Notes: a model not told the origin generated them from the sequence alone. Positions 30,499-39,660 are shown, counted from the first letter of the stretch. The stretch: 64,000 nucleotides of DNA from Candidatus Bathyarchaeota archaeon (GCA_963807605.1 CAWECG010000004.1:288001-352000), one strand, 5' to 3'. Translations and numbers: made by a program.

Positions 30499-31440
30499 AT
30501 GGATTGGAAACGGTTTTTGGTGGAATACCTCTCTGTGATTCCATTCTCTGCTCCGAAAGTTGCACTATATCGTAAACTTGGGGCAAGAGTAGGAAATAGA
30601 GTTAGCATTGGAAGAGGTTCATTTCTATGGTCGCCCAACTTTCAAAGAGTAACCATAGGCGATGGGGTGACTATTCGAGACAGCACCAGATTCTTCTGTG
30701 ACAGACTTACCGTCGAGGAAGACTCTTATGTTGAGCGCGACTGTTTCGTTTCCGGTTCGGAATTCTTCTTAGGATTTGGAAGCTACTTCGGCCAGAGAAT
30801 GTTCGTTGATTGCACCCAACCGGTGAGGATCGGTGCGGAGGTAATAATCAGCTACACAAACATCTACACTCATGAGATGAACTACACATGGGCTACCGAA
30901 GGAAGGGTTAGGAGAAAATCTGGGCCCGTCATAATTGATCGAAGGGCCTCCCTCGCCCCAGGAATACACATTGCTGCAAATGTGAAGATCGGAGAACATT
31001 CCATCATTGGCTCCGGATCTGTTGTCCTCAAAGATGTCGCCCCTTACACATTAAATGCAGGTGTCCCGTGTAAGGAACTCAGAAGTATCAGAGAGTATTT
31101 TGAAAACACACAAGACATATTGAATGAAGTCAGAGAGGACCTTGAGAGCTACATCAGGCGTCGCTATCCAAAAGAGAGAATCCAACTCGTCTTCGATAAG
31201 TCCTTTGGCATCTCAGCACTCCAGGAAATACCTAAAGGATATCTCCTTTTGGTCGGCAATTCTGTCGATAACGAAGTCTTCAGGACCTTAAGGTCTGATA
31301 GGGAAAGACGTATCACAGCGTTTGATCTGGAAAGGCAGATTTATTACAAGAACGAATCCAAACTGGTGCATGAAGTAAAACATAGAATGCGTCGGTTCGG
31401 CTTAGTCTTTAAACCGTATGGGGTACGATCAGATCAGTAA
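30499..31440 (+). CDS. Left-handed beta-helix acyltransferase with extra C-terminal domain
   Basis: Hexapeptide repeats, IYTHE and IGSGSVVLKDV...AGVP; divergent from the GT2 pair. Confidence 0.82.
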   Translation: MDWKRFLVEYLSVIPFSAPKVALYRKLGARVGNRVSIGRGSFLWSPNFQRVTIGDGVTIRDSTRFFCDRLTVEEDSYVERDCFVSGSEFFLGFGSYFGQRMFVDCTQPVRIGAEVIISYTNIYTHEMNYTWATEGRVRRKSGPVIIDRRASLAPGIHIAANVKIGEHSIIGSGSVVLKDVAPYTLNAGVPCKELRSIREYFENTQDILNEVREDLESYIRRRYPKERIQLVFDKSFGISALQEIPKGYLLLVGNSVDNEVFRTLRSDRERRITAFDLERQIYYKNESKLVHEVKHRMRRFGLVFKPYGVRSDQ

Positions 31441-31752
31441 ACAACGCAATACGTCTTCCAAGTTACAGTGATGAAGGGATTGCTATGGTGGAGAGCTTGG
31501 TTTCAGATGAAACGAAATCTGCCGAAGAAGACTCAAAAACATAGGCGTAGATTTAAATAGGTTTGACGCCGAATCTTGGCTCAGTAAGGTCAAGAAGGAG
31601 TCGTACGATACTGCACAGAACTTTCTTCCGGATGCAACTACAGCTGGCCCAAGCGAACACGGAATGCCCCTTAAACGAGCTTCGAAAAAGTCCAGAGGGT
31701 TTGCTTGATTTCTGCTGGTGCAACGCGAAACAGGAGGGCAAATACGTCTCAT

Positions 31753-32061
31753 ATGACTGAAGTCTGCACCGTATGTGGCCTTCCGAAGGATCTTTGTGTC
31801 TGCGGAACCATAAGCATGGAACAACAGGTAATAAAGGTCCGCCGTGAAATGAGAAAATGGGGCAAGCCCACCACTATTGTAGAAGGCCTTGATCCGAAGA
31901 GTGTCGACCTGAACGGCCTTGCGACGAAACTAAAGGCTTCATGTGCATGTGGAGGCACTGCCAAGGATGGGCAGATAATTCTCCAAGGTGACCACAGAGA
32001 GAGGGTTAAGAAGCTTCTAGTGGGCTACGGCTTTTCAGGCCCTAGCATTGAGGTTCACTAG
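31753..32061 (+). CDS. sui1: Translation initiation factor SUI1 / aIF1
   Basis: Motifs CGLPKDLCVC, WGKPTT, CACGGT and ILQGDH. Confidence 0.95.
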   Translation: MTEVCTVCGLPKDLCVCGTISMEQQVIKVRREMRKWGKPTTIVEGLDPKSVDLNGLATKLKASCACGGTAKDGQIILQGDHRERVKKLLVGYGFSGPSIEVH

Positions 32062-32311
32062 GTGGTCGGCTTCGAACAAGCGACTGGTTGACCTGACAAA
32101 GACCCTAAAGGCTCTAAAACTACAAAGAGATGGCACATCTGTTTGTCCGCGATGTGGTAGCTCCTCGGTCTCTAGAACCAGCTCCCTTGATGGCTGGCTA
32201 ATTCCTGACCGCTTCGTATGTGAAAAATGTCGTTATGTGGGATACCTCGTCGTGAAGTTCAAGAAGTCTGAGGACGTGGATGATAGCTCAGGATCAGGCG
32301 TTCAGACCTAG
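32048..32311 (+). CDS. Small zinc-ribbon protein
   Basis: CPRCGS...[13 protein letters not shown]; start position uncertain. Confidence 0.65.
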   Translation: MRFTRWSASNKRLVDLTKTLKALKLQRDGTSVCPRCGSSSVSRTSSLDGWLIPDRFVCEKCRYVGYLVVKFKKSEDVDDSSGSGVQT

Positions 32312-33219
32312 AGCTTCCTTAAGGCCCTTGTATCGATTTCGGACTGTAACTTCAGTGACATTGGCGACCTCGGCTATGTCCTTCTGTGTCTTCTTCTCGC
32401 CTTCCAAAACACAAGCCACGTAGAGCGCTGCTGCGGCCAGACCCATCGGGTCCTTCCCGGCGGCAATTCCTCTCCTCTGTGCTTCCTTAAGGATCTGATC
32501 GCGCTTCTCTGAGTCTTCATGGATATGGCCACTTTTGAGGCGATCTTAGACACACATCTGACAGGATCCTCGACAGGCATTCTGATGTCAAGTTCGCGAA
32601 GGAGAAGTCTATAGCAACGAGCGACATCTTTCTTCTTTATTCGACTGGCGGCAGCGACCTCCTTTAGAGTTCGAGGAGTCTCAGTTGCCCTACAGGCTGC
32701 GTAGAGTGAGGCAGCTGCTATCGCCACTATGGAACGGCCCCTAACTAGACCGCTATCGAGGGCCTTACGATAAATTATGGCCGCTCTCTCCTTTACAGAA
32801 GCGGGAATGTGCAATCGATCAGTTAGTCTGTCAAGCTCAGCCATGGCTTGAGCTAGGTTCCTATCAACTGAAGAGTGAATTCGCGTTCTAATCTGCCATT
32901 TTCTGAGTCGCAGCATTTCCAAGCGTGTGCTGAGTGGTAGCTGTCTACCATAGGCGTCTCTATTTACACGGTCAATCACAGTTGACAGGCCTTTATCATG
33001 GACCGAGAAGGATATGGGTACACCGACTCTTCCACGTGATTCTCTTTCCTCCTGTGTGAAAGCTCTCCACTCAGGCCCCTGGCTCATGGCATGTTCACTC
33101 AAGACCAAACCACATTCTTGACAAACAATCTCGCCTAGATCGAAATCTTCGATAAGGTTCGTACTATTGCACTCTGGACAATTGGTGAGTCTGATCGGTC
33201 TTCTTCCTGGAGTTGACAT
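32294..33219 (-). CDS. tfb: Transcription initiation factor IIB, frameshifted near 32495
   Basis: Zn ribbon, GPEWRAF and LVRGRS. Adding one base restores [14 protein letters not shown]...[11 protein letters not shown], ending at TGA 32294. Confidence 0.95.
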
Positions 33220-33501
33220 TATCTACACCTTTGAATATTTGAGCACCGGATGTCAGGGATGCAACTGGCTAGTCAGAAGAACTCCAGCTAGCCTGACTAT
33301 CAGGCAAACCGCCTCTTGGTGCGAGGCATATATATAAGCATTACTTTTATTTAAATCTATTCCGAAGACTTCTCCTGTACACGATATACGGATGTCAAGG
33401 CCAGTCTCGGGCTCTGCGGCGTGGGACACAATGGTCAAGTGGAAAGCTTAAAGACTTCTTCTCTGATTCCATCATTGGCCCCGGAAGCTCGGGTGTCGGT
33501 T

Positions 33502-33632
33502 AGCCCGGTCGTCTAGCGGTCAACGTGGGTTCAGACACGATCAAGGATAGCGGGCTCTGGATCCTCCGTCAAGGAGAAGATACCCGTCGACGGGAGTTCG
33601 AAAAGAAATCGAAAATCTCCCCCGGGCTACCA
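33502..33632 (+). tRNA. tRNA-Gln(CTG) with three introns (33524-33544 at 21/22, 33561-33581 at 37/38, 33603-33615 at 59/60) and encoded CCA
   Basis: The spliced 76-mer AGCCCGGTCGTCTAGCGGTCAAGGATAGCGGGCTCTGGACCCGTCGACGGGAGTTCGAATCTCCCCCGGGCTACCA folds as a cloverleaf. Each intron forms a BHB-like motif, and a T-run follows the gene. Confidence 0.93.
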
Positions 33633-33677
33633 CTTTTTGTGGCATGCCTTTTAGTATTCCTCTAGTGCTGATGCATG

Positions 33678-34112
33678 TTATCCGACTGATTTGCAGTAAC
33701 GTTTGATGGTCACTAATCCTTCGGTAGCATTCATGGTTACCATGTCGCCGTTTAAAATGGTCTCTACAGGATCTTGTTGAAGCGTATCCATCAAGGGGAT
33801 TTGTGCAATAACGCAACCTGTCGCAATGATGGCCTCGGATCGTGTATTGATTATTCCACACGGCTTGGTGCCTCTTCTTGCCATCGCGTAGAGTGTGTAT
33901 GATCCTACAGTGCTTCCTTTTCCGTACGGGAATACTAAAATCTTGTTCGTCACCTGCGCCCCCTCAAGCTCATGATTCTTCTCGATAACTATGCCTGTTC
34001 GTGGATCAACTCCGCCCAGAAAAGAGAGCGGCTGATTGGTGACGAGCGCTTCCCCTTCTGCGAGACCCTTAACAAGGCTCCTCCCTTTGAGCTTAATCTC
34101 CATGGGCAGCAT
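33678..34112 (-). CDS. Phosphomevalonate dehydratase small subunit (AcnX swivel, DUF126)
   Basis: LSFLGGVDPRTG and GKGSTVGSY; in an operon with AcnX large, UbiD and UbiX. Confidence 0.9.
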   Translation of the reverse strand: MLPMEIKLKGRSLVKGLAEGEALVTNQPLSFLGGVDPRTGIVIEKNHELEGAQVTNKILVFPYGKGSTVGSYTLYAMARRGTKPCGIINTRSEAIIATGCVIAQIPLMDTLQQDPVETILNGDMVTMNATEGLVTIKRYCKSVG

Positions 34113-35292
34113 ACTCCAAGCATTCCTCTAGAGATTGAAGGCCAACACTCGCGTCGCAAAGTGATGGCAAGTAATGAGCTGCCTTTGTGGAATTAGTAAG
34201 TACTCGTGTTACACCCAAGTCTGCAAAGGGTGCCACTACCATGCACGTGTCTCTTATGACCTTCCCACCGGCTTCAGTTATGCTTTCGAGATAAGCCCTT
34301 GCCTTTGCGAGATTCCATACATATCTGGAAGTGAAGACCAACAAACGTTTAGCAAATCGTCTGTCTTTGCTCAGCTGGGAGATTCTCTCTATTTCCTCGA
34401 TGCTGCAGTGTGGGCAGCCTATACAGATGTGTTCTGGATGAGATTCCTTGGAAAGGGACTCCTTCGTACGGTCAAGGTCGTAACGGTCAACGGAAACTCT
34501 ATCTTGAAGTGTGTCTTTGCCTAGAATGTTCCACTCGGGGGTCAGCCCCCCAATATGGTAGAGTGCCTGGCCGCCTGAAGTTGCCATGCCGGCTCCTAGA
34601 GCCTTTAGAGAGGTGTTGTCGACTGGGCCCCTGGGAAGCTTTATCAGAGGTACATCATGGGGTATTCTCCTTCCTATGAAGAATCCTAGGAGACTGAAGT
34701 CCAACTCACTCGTAAGTTCTGAAGAAACAGTGACCTCAGCTGTCGGGACCCTGTTTTCGTTCATGTGGAATCCGTACAGAGGCGTCTTTCCGATGATGGC
34801 ACTAGCTAGTGCCATCGGACCTCCTTCTCGGTTAGTTCTCGCACCGAGGATCGAGTTTGCATAGATCACGGCAGAAGACTCAGCCCAGGCAAGATGATCC
34901 CCACACACCGGCCTTCTAGTCAAAAGATACGGAGTACAGGTACAGGTTGGACTTACACCGATCTCTTTGAGGGCAGATACTATCCTTGACTGCTTTACGG
35001 CAAACTCCTCTGGAATGCCCATCTCCCTCCAGTTCTCCAGATCCATGCCTGCCGGGTTCATTGTAGCGTATATCGAGGCCTTCGCTTCTAACTTAGCGAA
35101 GCTCTCGACGAATTCGAGTCCCGCGTCACCAATAGTCTTGTAAGATATTCCAGATATCTGGGCGCTTTCAACGCGGATGAGTTTTATTGCACCAAAAACC
35201 TCCCCCACGGTGACTAGCAGTTTCATGGCAGTGGCTGGGGCTTCACCCTGCTCACCATCAAGAATTTTTTCTTCTTCTTTTGTGAGATACAA
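34093..35292 (-). CDS. Phosphomevalonate dehydratase large subunit (AcnX, DUF521)
   Basis: Motifs TCTCTPY, WAESSA, GARTNREG, GCPHCS and DTCMVV. Confidence 0.9.
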   Translation of the reverse strand: MYLTKEEEKILDGEQGEAPATAMKLLVTVGEVFGAIKLIRVESAQISGISYKTIGDAGLEFVESFAKLEAKASIYATMNPAGMDLENWREMGIPEEFAVKQSRIVSALKEIGVSPTCTCTPYLLTRRPVCGDHLAWAESSAVIYANSILGARTNREGGPMALASAIIGKTPLYGFHMNENRVPTAEVTVSSELTSELDFSLLGFFIGRRIPHDVPLIKLPRGPVDNTSLKALGAGMATSGGQALYHIGGLTPEWNILGKDTLQDRVSVDRYDLDRTKESLSKESHPEHICIGCPHCSIEEIERISQLSKDRRFAKRLLVFTSRYVWNLAKARAYLESITEAGGKVIRDTCMVVAPFADLGVTRVLTNSTKAAHYLPSLCDASVGLQSLEECLEYAAHGD

Positions 35293-35305
35293 AATGCGAG
35301 AAGCC

Positions 35306-36625
35306 TCAAGCGCTGGGTTCAGCTGGGATCTTTGCCCTTTCAAACTTCTCCTTGGGCTTCAGGAGGGATCGAGTGGCATCAAGGCCAACCTTCGTGGTGA
35401 GACTCAATTCTTGGTTTCCTGAAGCATCCAAGCTTGAACCGCGAGCATCATTTATGATGACCAAGTCTCTGTTCGCTTGGAATCTGGTCGCTATCGCCCA
35501 CTCAACGTCTTTGGAGCTATTCACGTCGATGTCTGCGTCAACCACTACAACGTGTTTGAGTGATGGGTGTCCAGACAGGGCCGCTAGGATGGCGTTCTTG
35601 GCGTCACCCTCGCTTTGCTTCTCGATTGAGACGACGGCATGCAACCAGTGACAACCTCCGGGGGTCAAGTTTACGTCCCTGACCCTCGGGACTACCCCAG
35701 CCACGTTTTCAACAATCTTGGCTTCTTGCGGCAGGCCCATCAGAAGACCGTGTTCGCTTCCGGATGGGAGGAGGGCATGGTAAACCAAGTTTTCCCTGCA
35801 GAATATTCTTTCCACCTCGATCAAGGGTTGTTTTCGGATGATGTCGTATGTGCCCGTTATGTCCACGAAAGGTCCTTCGTCAACCTGCCTATCCAATAAA
35901 ATCTTCCCCTCGATCACAAGCTCAGATTCCGCGGGGACGCGCGCGTCGACTGATCCGCACTGGGCGATTTTGAGATCGTTGTTCAAGAGTTGATTAGCCA
36001 CTGCATATTCGCTAACGCCGAATGGTGCCGGTGATGAGGCGGCTAAAAGGATGGCTGGATGAAGACCTAATGCGATGCCTATGTCGAGAGTGGATTTTCC
36101 TGCTTCCCTGACCATGGTACAGATTTGATGGAGGTGACGTGGGACGATTCTAATAGCCATGTGTCTGTCATCGATGATCATGAGTCGATGGATAGACACA
36201 TTCTCACCCGCTCCGTTGGGTAGTCTTGCGGAAACTATCGCTGAAGTTATGTAAGGCGCAGCGTCTCTTTCAAAGTGGGTAAGGATAGGTAATTCCCGAA
36301 GACCTGTGAGTTCTTCTTTAGCTTGCAGAGTATCAGTTGAACTTGGTTCTCTAGGGTTTCGAATAGCGTCCATCAGACGGGGGCGCATCTTCTCAAGAGC
36401 CACGCCCAGAGCTTTGGTCAATCTGTTCTTGGTTCCGCAGACGCCAGCCACGACCTTGCCGTAGCCTTTGACCTTTTCAAAAAGGAGTGCTTCCTTCCCA
36501 TCGTACTTCTTCATTATCGCTGATACTTCAAATCTAGGTGACACTTCTCCATCTATCTTGAGGAGGTCTCCTTCTTCCTCCAGGGACCTGACAAAGGATC
36601 TTAAGTCATGCATCGACTTTTCCAC
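35306..36625 (-). CDS. UbiD-family decarboxylase (anhydromevalonate phosphate decarboxylase)
   Basis: Motifs NVSIHR, EGPFVDITGTYD, VVDADID and VEWAIATR; gene context. Confidence 0.88.
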   Translation of the reverse strand: MEKSMHDLRSFVRSLEEEGDLLKIDGEVSPRFEVSAIMKKYDGKEALLFEKVKGYGKVVAGVCGTKNRLTKALGVALEKMRPRLMDAIRNPREPSSTDTLQAKEELTGLRELPILTHFERDAAPYITSAIVSARLPNGAGENVSIHRLMIIDDRHMAIRIVPRHLHQICTMVREAGKSTLDIGIALGLHPAILLAASSPAPFGVSEYAVANQLLNNDLKIAQCGSVDARVPAESELVIEGKILLDRQVDEGPFVDITGTYDIIRKQPLIEVERIFCRENLVYHALLPSGSEHGLLMGLPQEAKIVENVAGVVPRVRDVNLTPGGCHWLHAVVSIEKQSEGDAKNAILAALSGHPSLKHVVVVDADIDVNSSKDVEWAIATRFQANRDLVIINDARGSSLDASGNQELSLTTKVGLDATRSLLKPKEKFERAKIPAEPSA

Positions 36626-36656
36626 TATTGCGGTCTGATAGCAGTGGCTTTCGATA

Positions 36657-37220
36657 TTAAGGTACAGTTCCCTTCCACGGTTTCAATAAGTCTTGTTCAA
36701 GACCGAGTTGCATAAGTATTCGACCAACAATAAAGTCCACTAGGTCGTCTATCTTACTTGGCTTATGATAGAAACCTGGGCTCGCAGGTATTATTACAGC
36801 CCCCGAGCGTGCTAATCTAAGTAGGTTGCTCAAGTGGATCGTGCTGAGCGGGGCCTCTCGAGGAACGAGTATTAGTTGCCGTCCTTCCTTAATGCATATG
36901 TCCGCTACCCTTAGGAGGAGATTCTTGGAGATACCGCTTGCGATGGCTGCGGCTGAAGCCATAGAGCAAGGTACAACCACCATCGCATCGAAGACCACAG
37001 AGCCGCTGGCAATTGGTGAGGCAAGGTTTTCTATGTCATAGTGTCTGGTAACTAGGTTATAGACCTCATCTGGCTCTTTCGCCAGCTCATGTCTTAAGAT
37101 CTCTTCGGCGGGATGAGTCATGATCGCCGAGACTTCGACTCCTCGCTTCTTGAGAGCTTCGAGTAGCCTCCACGAGTACACCATCCCGCTGGCTCCAGTT
37201 ATTCCAACTACAACTTGCAG
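36657..37220 (-). CDS. ubiX: Flavin prenyltransferase UbiX (apparent CTG start)
   Basis: The N-terminal VVVGITGASG lies upstream of the annotated Met; also IASGS, PCSM, LVPREAP and PGFY. Confidence 0.92.
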   Translation of the reverse strand: MQVVVGITGASGMVYSWRLLEALKKRGVEVSAIMTHPAEEILRHELAKEPDEVYNLVTRHYDIENLASPIASGSVVFDAMVVVPCSMASAAAIASGISKNLLLRVADICIKEGRQLILVPREAPLSTIHLSNLLRLARSGAVIIPASPGFYHKPSKIDDLVDFIVGRILMQLGLEQDLLKPWKGTVP

Positions 37221-37359
37221 ATCTCTCTACCTCGGACTTGCTATGAAACGAGCGGACCCAAAGGATGATGATGCCTTGACCCAGCCTCTTATTAAGGCTT
37301 AGAATAAGACATACACTCTGATTCGGTTTCAAGCCTTCTTTGGAGCGAGATCCATCTCA

Positions 37360-37845
37360 ATGTTACAGATTGGTCAACGCACTGTTGCTCTGGGCGGAAC
37401 GTTTGAGCAACTCCACAGCGGACACCGAAAACTCATCCTAAGTGCTCTGCAAGTCGGCGACAGGGTTATCATCGGTTTGAGTAGCGACGGTTTCACAATC
37501 AACCTGAGGAAGAACCACTACATCAGTAGCTACGAATCCAGGCTTGCGAAGCTGAAGACCCTCCTTTCGGAGATCAACGCATTGCATAGGGTAACGATAG
37601 TGCCTCTGAACGACTGCTACGGCCCAGCGGTGACCGATGAAACTATCTCAAGAATAGTAGTTAGCCCTGAGACTCTGGAAACCGCTTTTGAGATTAACCG
37701 GATCCGCGTTCAGAAAGAAATGGGCCCTCTTGAAATATACGTCGTTAGTTTCATTCTCGGTGACGACGGAAAGCCTATCTCCACCTCTAGAATTAGTTTG
37801 GGTCTAATAAGCAAGAATGGGAGACTCCTACAAGAGACCTCATAG
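37360..37845 (+). CDS. coaD: Phosphopantetheine adenylyltransferase (archaeal type)
   Basis: Motifs GGTFEQLHSGH, YGPA, VVSPET and ISTSRI. Confidence 0.9.
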   Translation: MLQIGQRTVALGGTFEQLHSGHRKLILSALQVGDRVIIGLSSDGFTINLRKNHYISSYESRLAKLKTLLSEINALHRVTIVPLNDCYGPAVTDETISRIVVSPETLETAFEINRIRVQKEMGPLEIYVVSFILGDDGKPISTSRISLGLISKNGRLLQETS

Positions 37846-38222
37846 CGCTTGCCTTGGCACCATCATTTTGACGTGCTATGATCTTCAACGGATTATTCAC
37901 GGGTCTTTCATAAACTGGAGAGGGTTCCGAAAAATTGGAACAATCCGCCTCGTTTTCTCTAAAAAAATTGTTATTCCTTTAATCCTGTTTTCTTGGTACA
38001 CTAATAACTTACGTAAATGTCATAGGAAAGATCGACAAAGGCAAATGCAACTATTTGAGGAAAAGACTCCTTCATGCTCGCGTTAGCAGTCCAATATTTC
38101 GAAAGGACTTCAACGTTACGAAAAATCGAACGCTGAGGCAAGGATTGACCGATAGGGATTGGCCGAGGGAATCGGAGCATTTTATGATCTGCTGTCACGT
38201 GCGTGTGTCGGTAAAGAGATCT

Positions 38223-38654
38223 TCAGGAGAATTCCCTCTCCCACCTGTCGGAGATCTTATCGAGACTTTTTCGGAATTCTTCGAACTCTACGAAAAAGCC
38301 CTCCTTGAGAGAGTCACCGACGTACCTCTTGCTCCAAGACACCATACCCATGCGGAGTAGGTCGCGCCAAACATAATAGACTAGCCGCCTTGATGCTTTG
38401 AAGGGTTTGTTCCTCCAAGCGAAAGTGCCACTTTTGACGTTAGTGGCAAAGGCATTGAGAGCGTGTTTTGAAAAGTGTCCTTTTTTCTCCCTCAGTTCAT
38501 TGATCAGAAAATGGAGTACGAGACGTTGTTTTGTGTTAGCAGGATAGATGATGCTTGCAAAGTCAGGGTAAAGATTCAATGATAGATTTTCCTTGTCAAA
38601 ATGGATTCCCCTAAGCCGCGGTTGTGCATTTCCAATTGCACTTTTCAAGTTCAT
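38223..38654 (-). CDS. Hypothetical basic protein, probable winged-helix fold
   Basis: Helix pattern ending SRRLVYYVWRDLLRMGMV, followed by a beta hairpin and a C-terminal helix. Confidence 0.6.
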   Translation of the reverse strand: MNLKSAIGNAQPRLRGIHFDKENLSLNLYPDFASIIYPANTKQRLVLHFLINELREKKGHFSKHALNAFATNVKSGTFAWRNKPFKASRRLVYYVWRDLLRMGMVSWSKRYVGDSLKEGFFVEFEEFRKSLDKISDRWEREFS

Positions 38655-38764
38655 AAAAGCTCACACTTGGCCATCTTGAAGTTTTGCCTATAGAAGCTTA
38701 TTTTGCAACGGTGATTGCATATACGCTTTTTCAAGATTCAATAAGCCGTGCAACTATTGTTGCA
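38625..38764. promoter_or_regulatory. Three 16-bp palindromes TGCAWY-N4-RTTGCA around the start of the wHTH-like gene
   Basis: TGCATTtccaATTGCA 38625-38640, TGCAACggtgATTGCA 38704-38719, TGCAACtattGTTGCA 38749-38764. Confidence 0.6.
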
Positions 38765-38963
38765 TGAGCGTAATGCCACTTAGTAATGATACTAGGTCAC
38801 CATTAGAACCGGACTTTCGTATCTAAAACCTGGCCCTTTTCTGAAGAAATGCCGCGTCCAAAAGATTGGGCAGTGTCTCGTTCGGGGGGCGTCGGTTCCT
38901 AACGTCAAAGCAGCCTGTGTCCAATTTATTGGAGGTTCTGAGTCATTTCGAAAAATTGGAGGC

Positions 38964-39386
38964 CTAGGTTGTGTATCTGGTTTCCGACTTTTGTTTGGGT
39001 TGTTCTTGGGTAGCTGGAAATGGTGGAATGGGTGGCGGGACGCCTATGGTTTTGGCCAATACGATCGCTTCGGCGATCGCAACGCTTGAGACTTGCTGAA
39101 CGACCATATTAGGAGGGGGCTTCTGATTATTGAAGTCAGCCATTATCTGGTCAAGTTCGGTCTTTTCTCCCAGGGTTTGAGCTTTTCCCCTTATGTTGAT
39201 CTGAGCCACGGAGGGCGTGAAAGATACAGTAAAGACGAAGGGTGCCTCAACCATTCCAGGGGTCTTTCGTTCAAATCCTAGCAGATTGACATTTACAGCT
39301 ATCTGCAGCTGGGATGGAAGTGAAGTATCTATCCCCCAAAGTCTCTCTCCTGAGAGTTGAGTAACGAATACCCTAACGTTGGCCAT
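38964..39386 (-). CDS. Conserved-looking archaeal hypothetical protein (SecB/hot-dog-like beta pattern)
   Basis: FVFTVSFTPSVAQINIRG and C-terminal AKTIGVPPPIP; translationally downstream of the AbrB-like gene. Confidence 0.65.
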   Translation of the reverse strand: MANVRVFVTQLSGERLWGIDTSLPSQLQIAVNVNLLGFERKTPGMVEAPFVFTVSFTPSVAQINIRGKAQTLGEKTELDQIMADFNNQKPPPNMVVQQVSSVAIAEAIVLAKTIGVPPPIPPFPATQEQPKQKSETRYTT

Positions 39387-39414
39387 CTTCAACACGCCAA
39401 TAATGATCCGTTGG

Positions 39415-39660
39415 CTATTGGCTATAAGCGTTCGTAAAGGGCGTCTTAACGTGCCGCTTGCGTTTTGGCCTTGGAATCTTTTCAACAACCAGCTTATCTC
39501 CAAGAACCCTTGCGAGAAGAGACTGCCCTTCTCTGAATGGGAAACTCGAGTCATCGGTCAACTTTGTAGGCAGATATATCCTCGGGGAACGGTATGACAG
39601 TTTACCCTCTTTATTCTTCTTTCTCACAATCGTAAGTCTTACAGTCGTTTTGTTAACCAT
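39415..39660 (-). CDS. AbrB/SpoVT-like DNA-binding protein
   Basis: RIYLPTKL...FPFREGQSL......KLVVEK swapped-hairpin pattern; GGTGA RBS upstream. Confidence 0.7.
   Translation of the reverse strand: MVNKTTVRLTIVRKKNKEGKLSYRSPRIYLPTKLTDDSSFPFREGQSLLARVLGDKLVVEKIPRPKRKRHVKTPFTNAYSQ

Larger units (their letters stand above)
37926..38960. repeat. Dispersed 14-bp palindromic repeats, consensus approximately TYCRA-N4-TYGRA
   Basis: Copies at 37926, 38090, 38117, 38857, 38920 and 38947. CGAAAAATTGGA is repeated exactly at 37928 and 38949. Confidence 0.65.

Noticed and set aside
33541-33861. 106-aa minus-strand ORF over the tRNA
   Set aside because: It overlaps tRNA-Gln and the AcnX small subunit, so it is spurious.
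37926-38960. Interpretation of the repeats as a CRISPR array or canonical ORB origin
   Set aside because: The repeats are too short and irregular for CRISPR. Their spacing differs from ORB elements and no cdc6 is adjacent.
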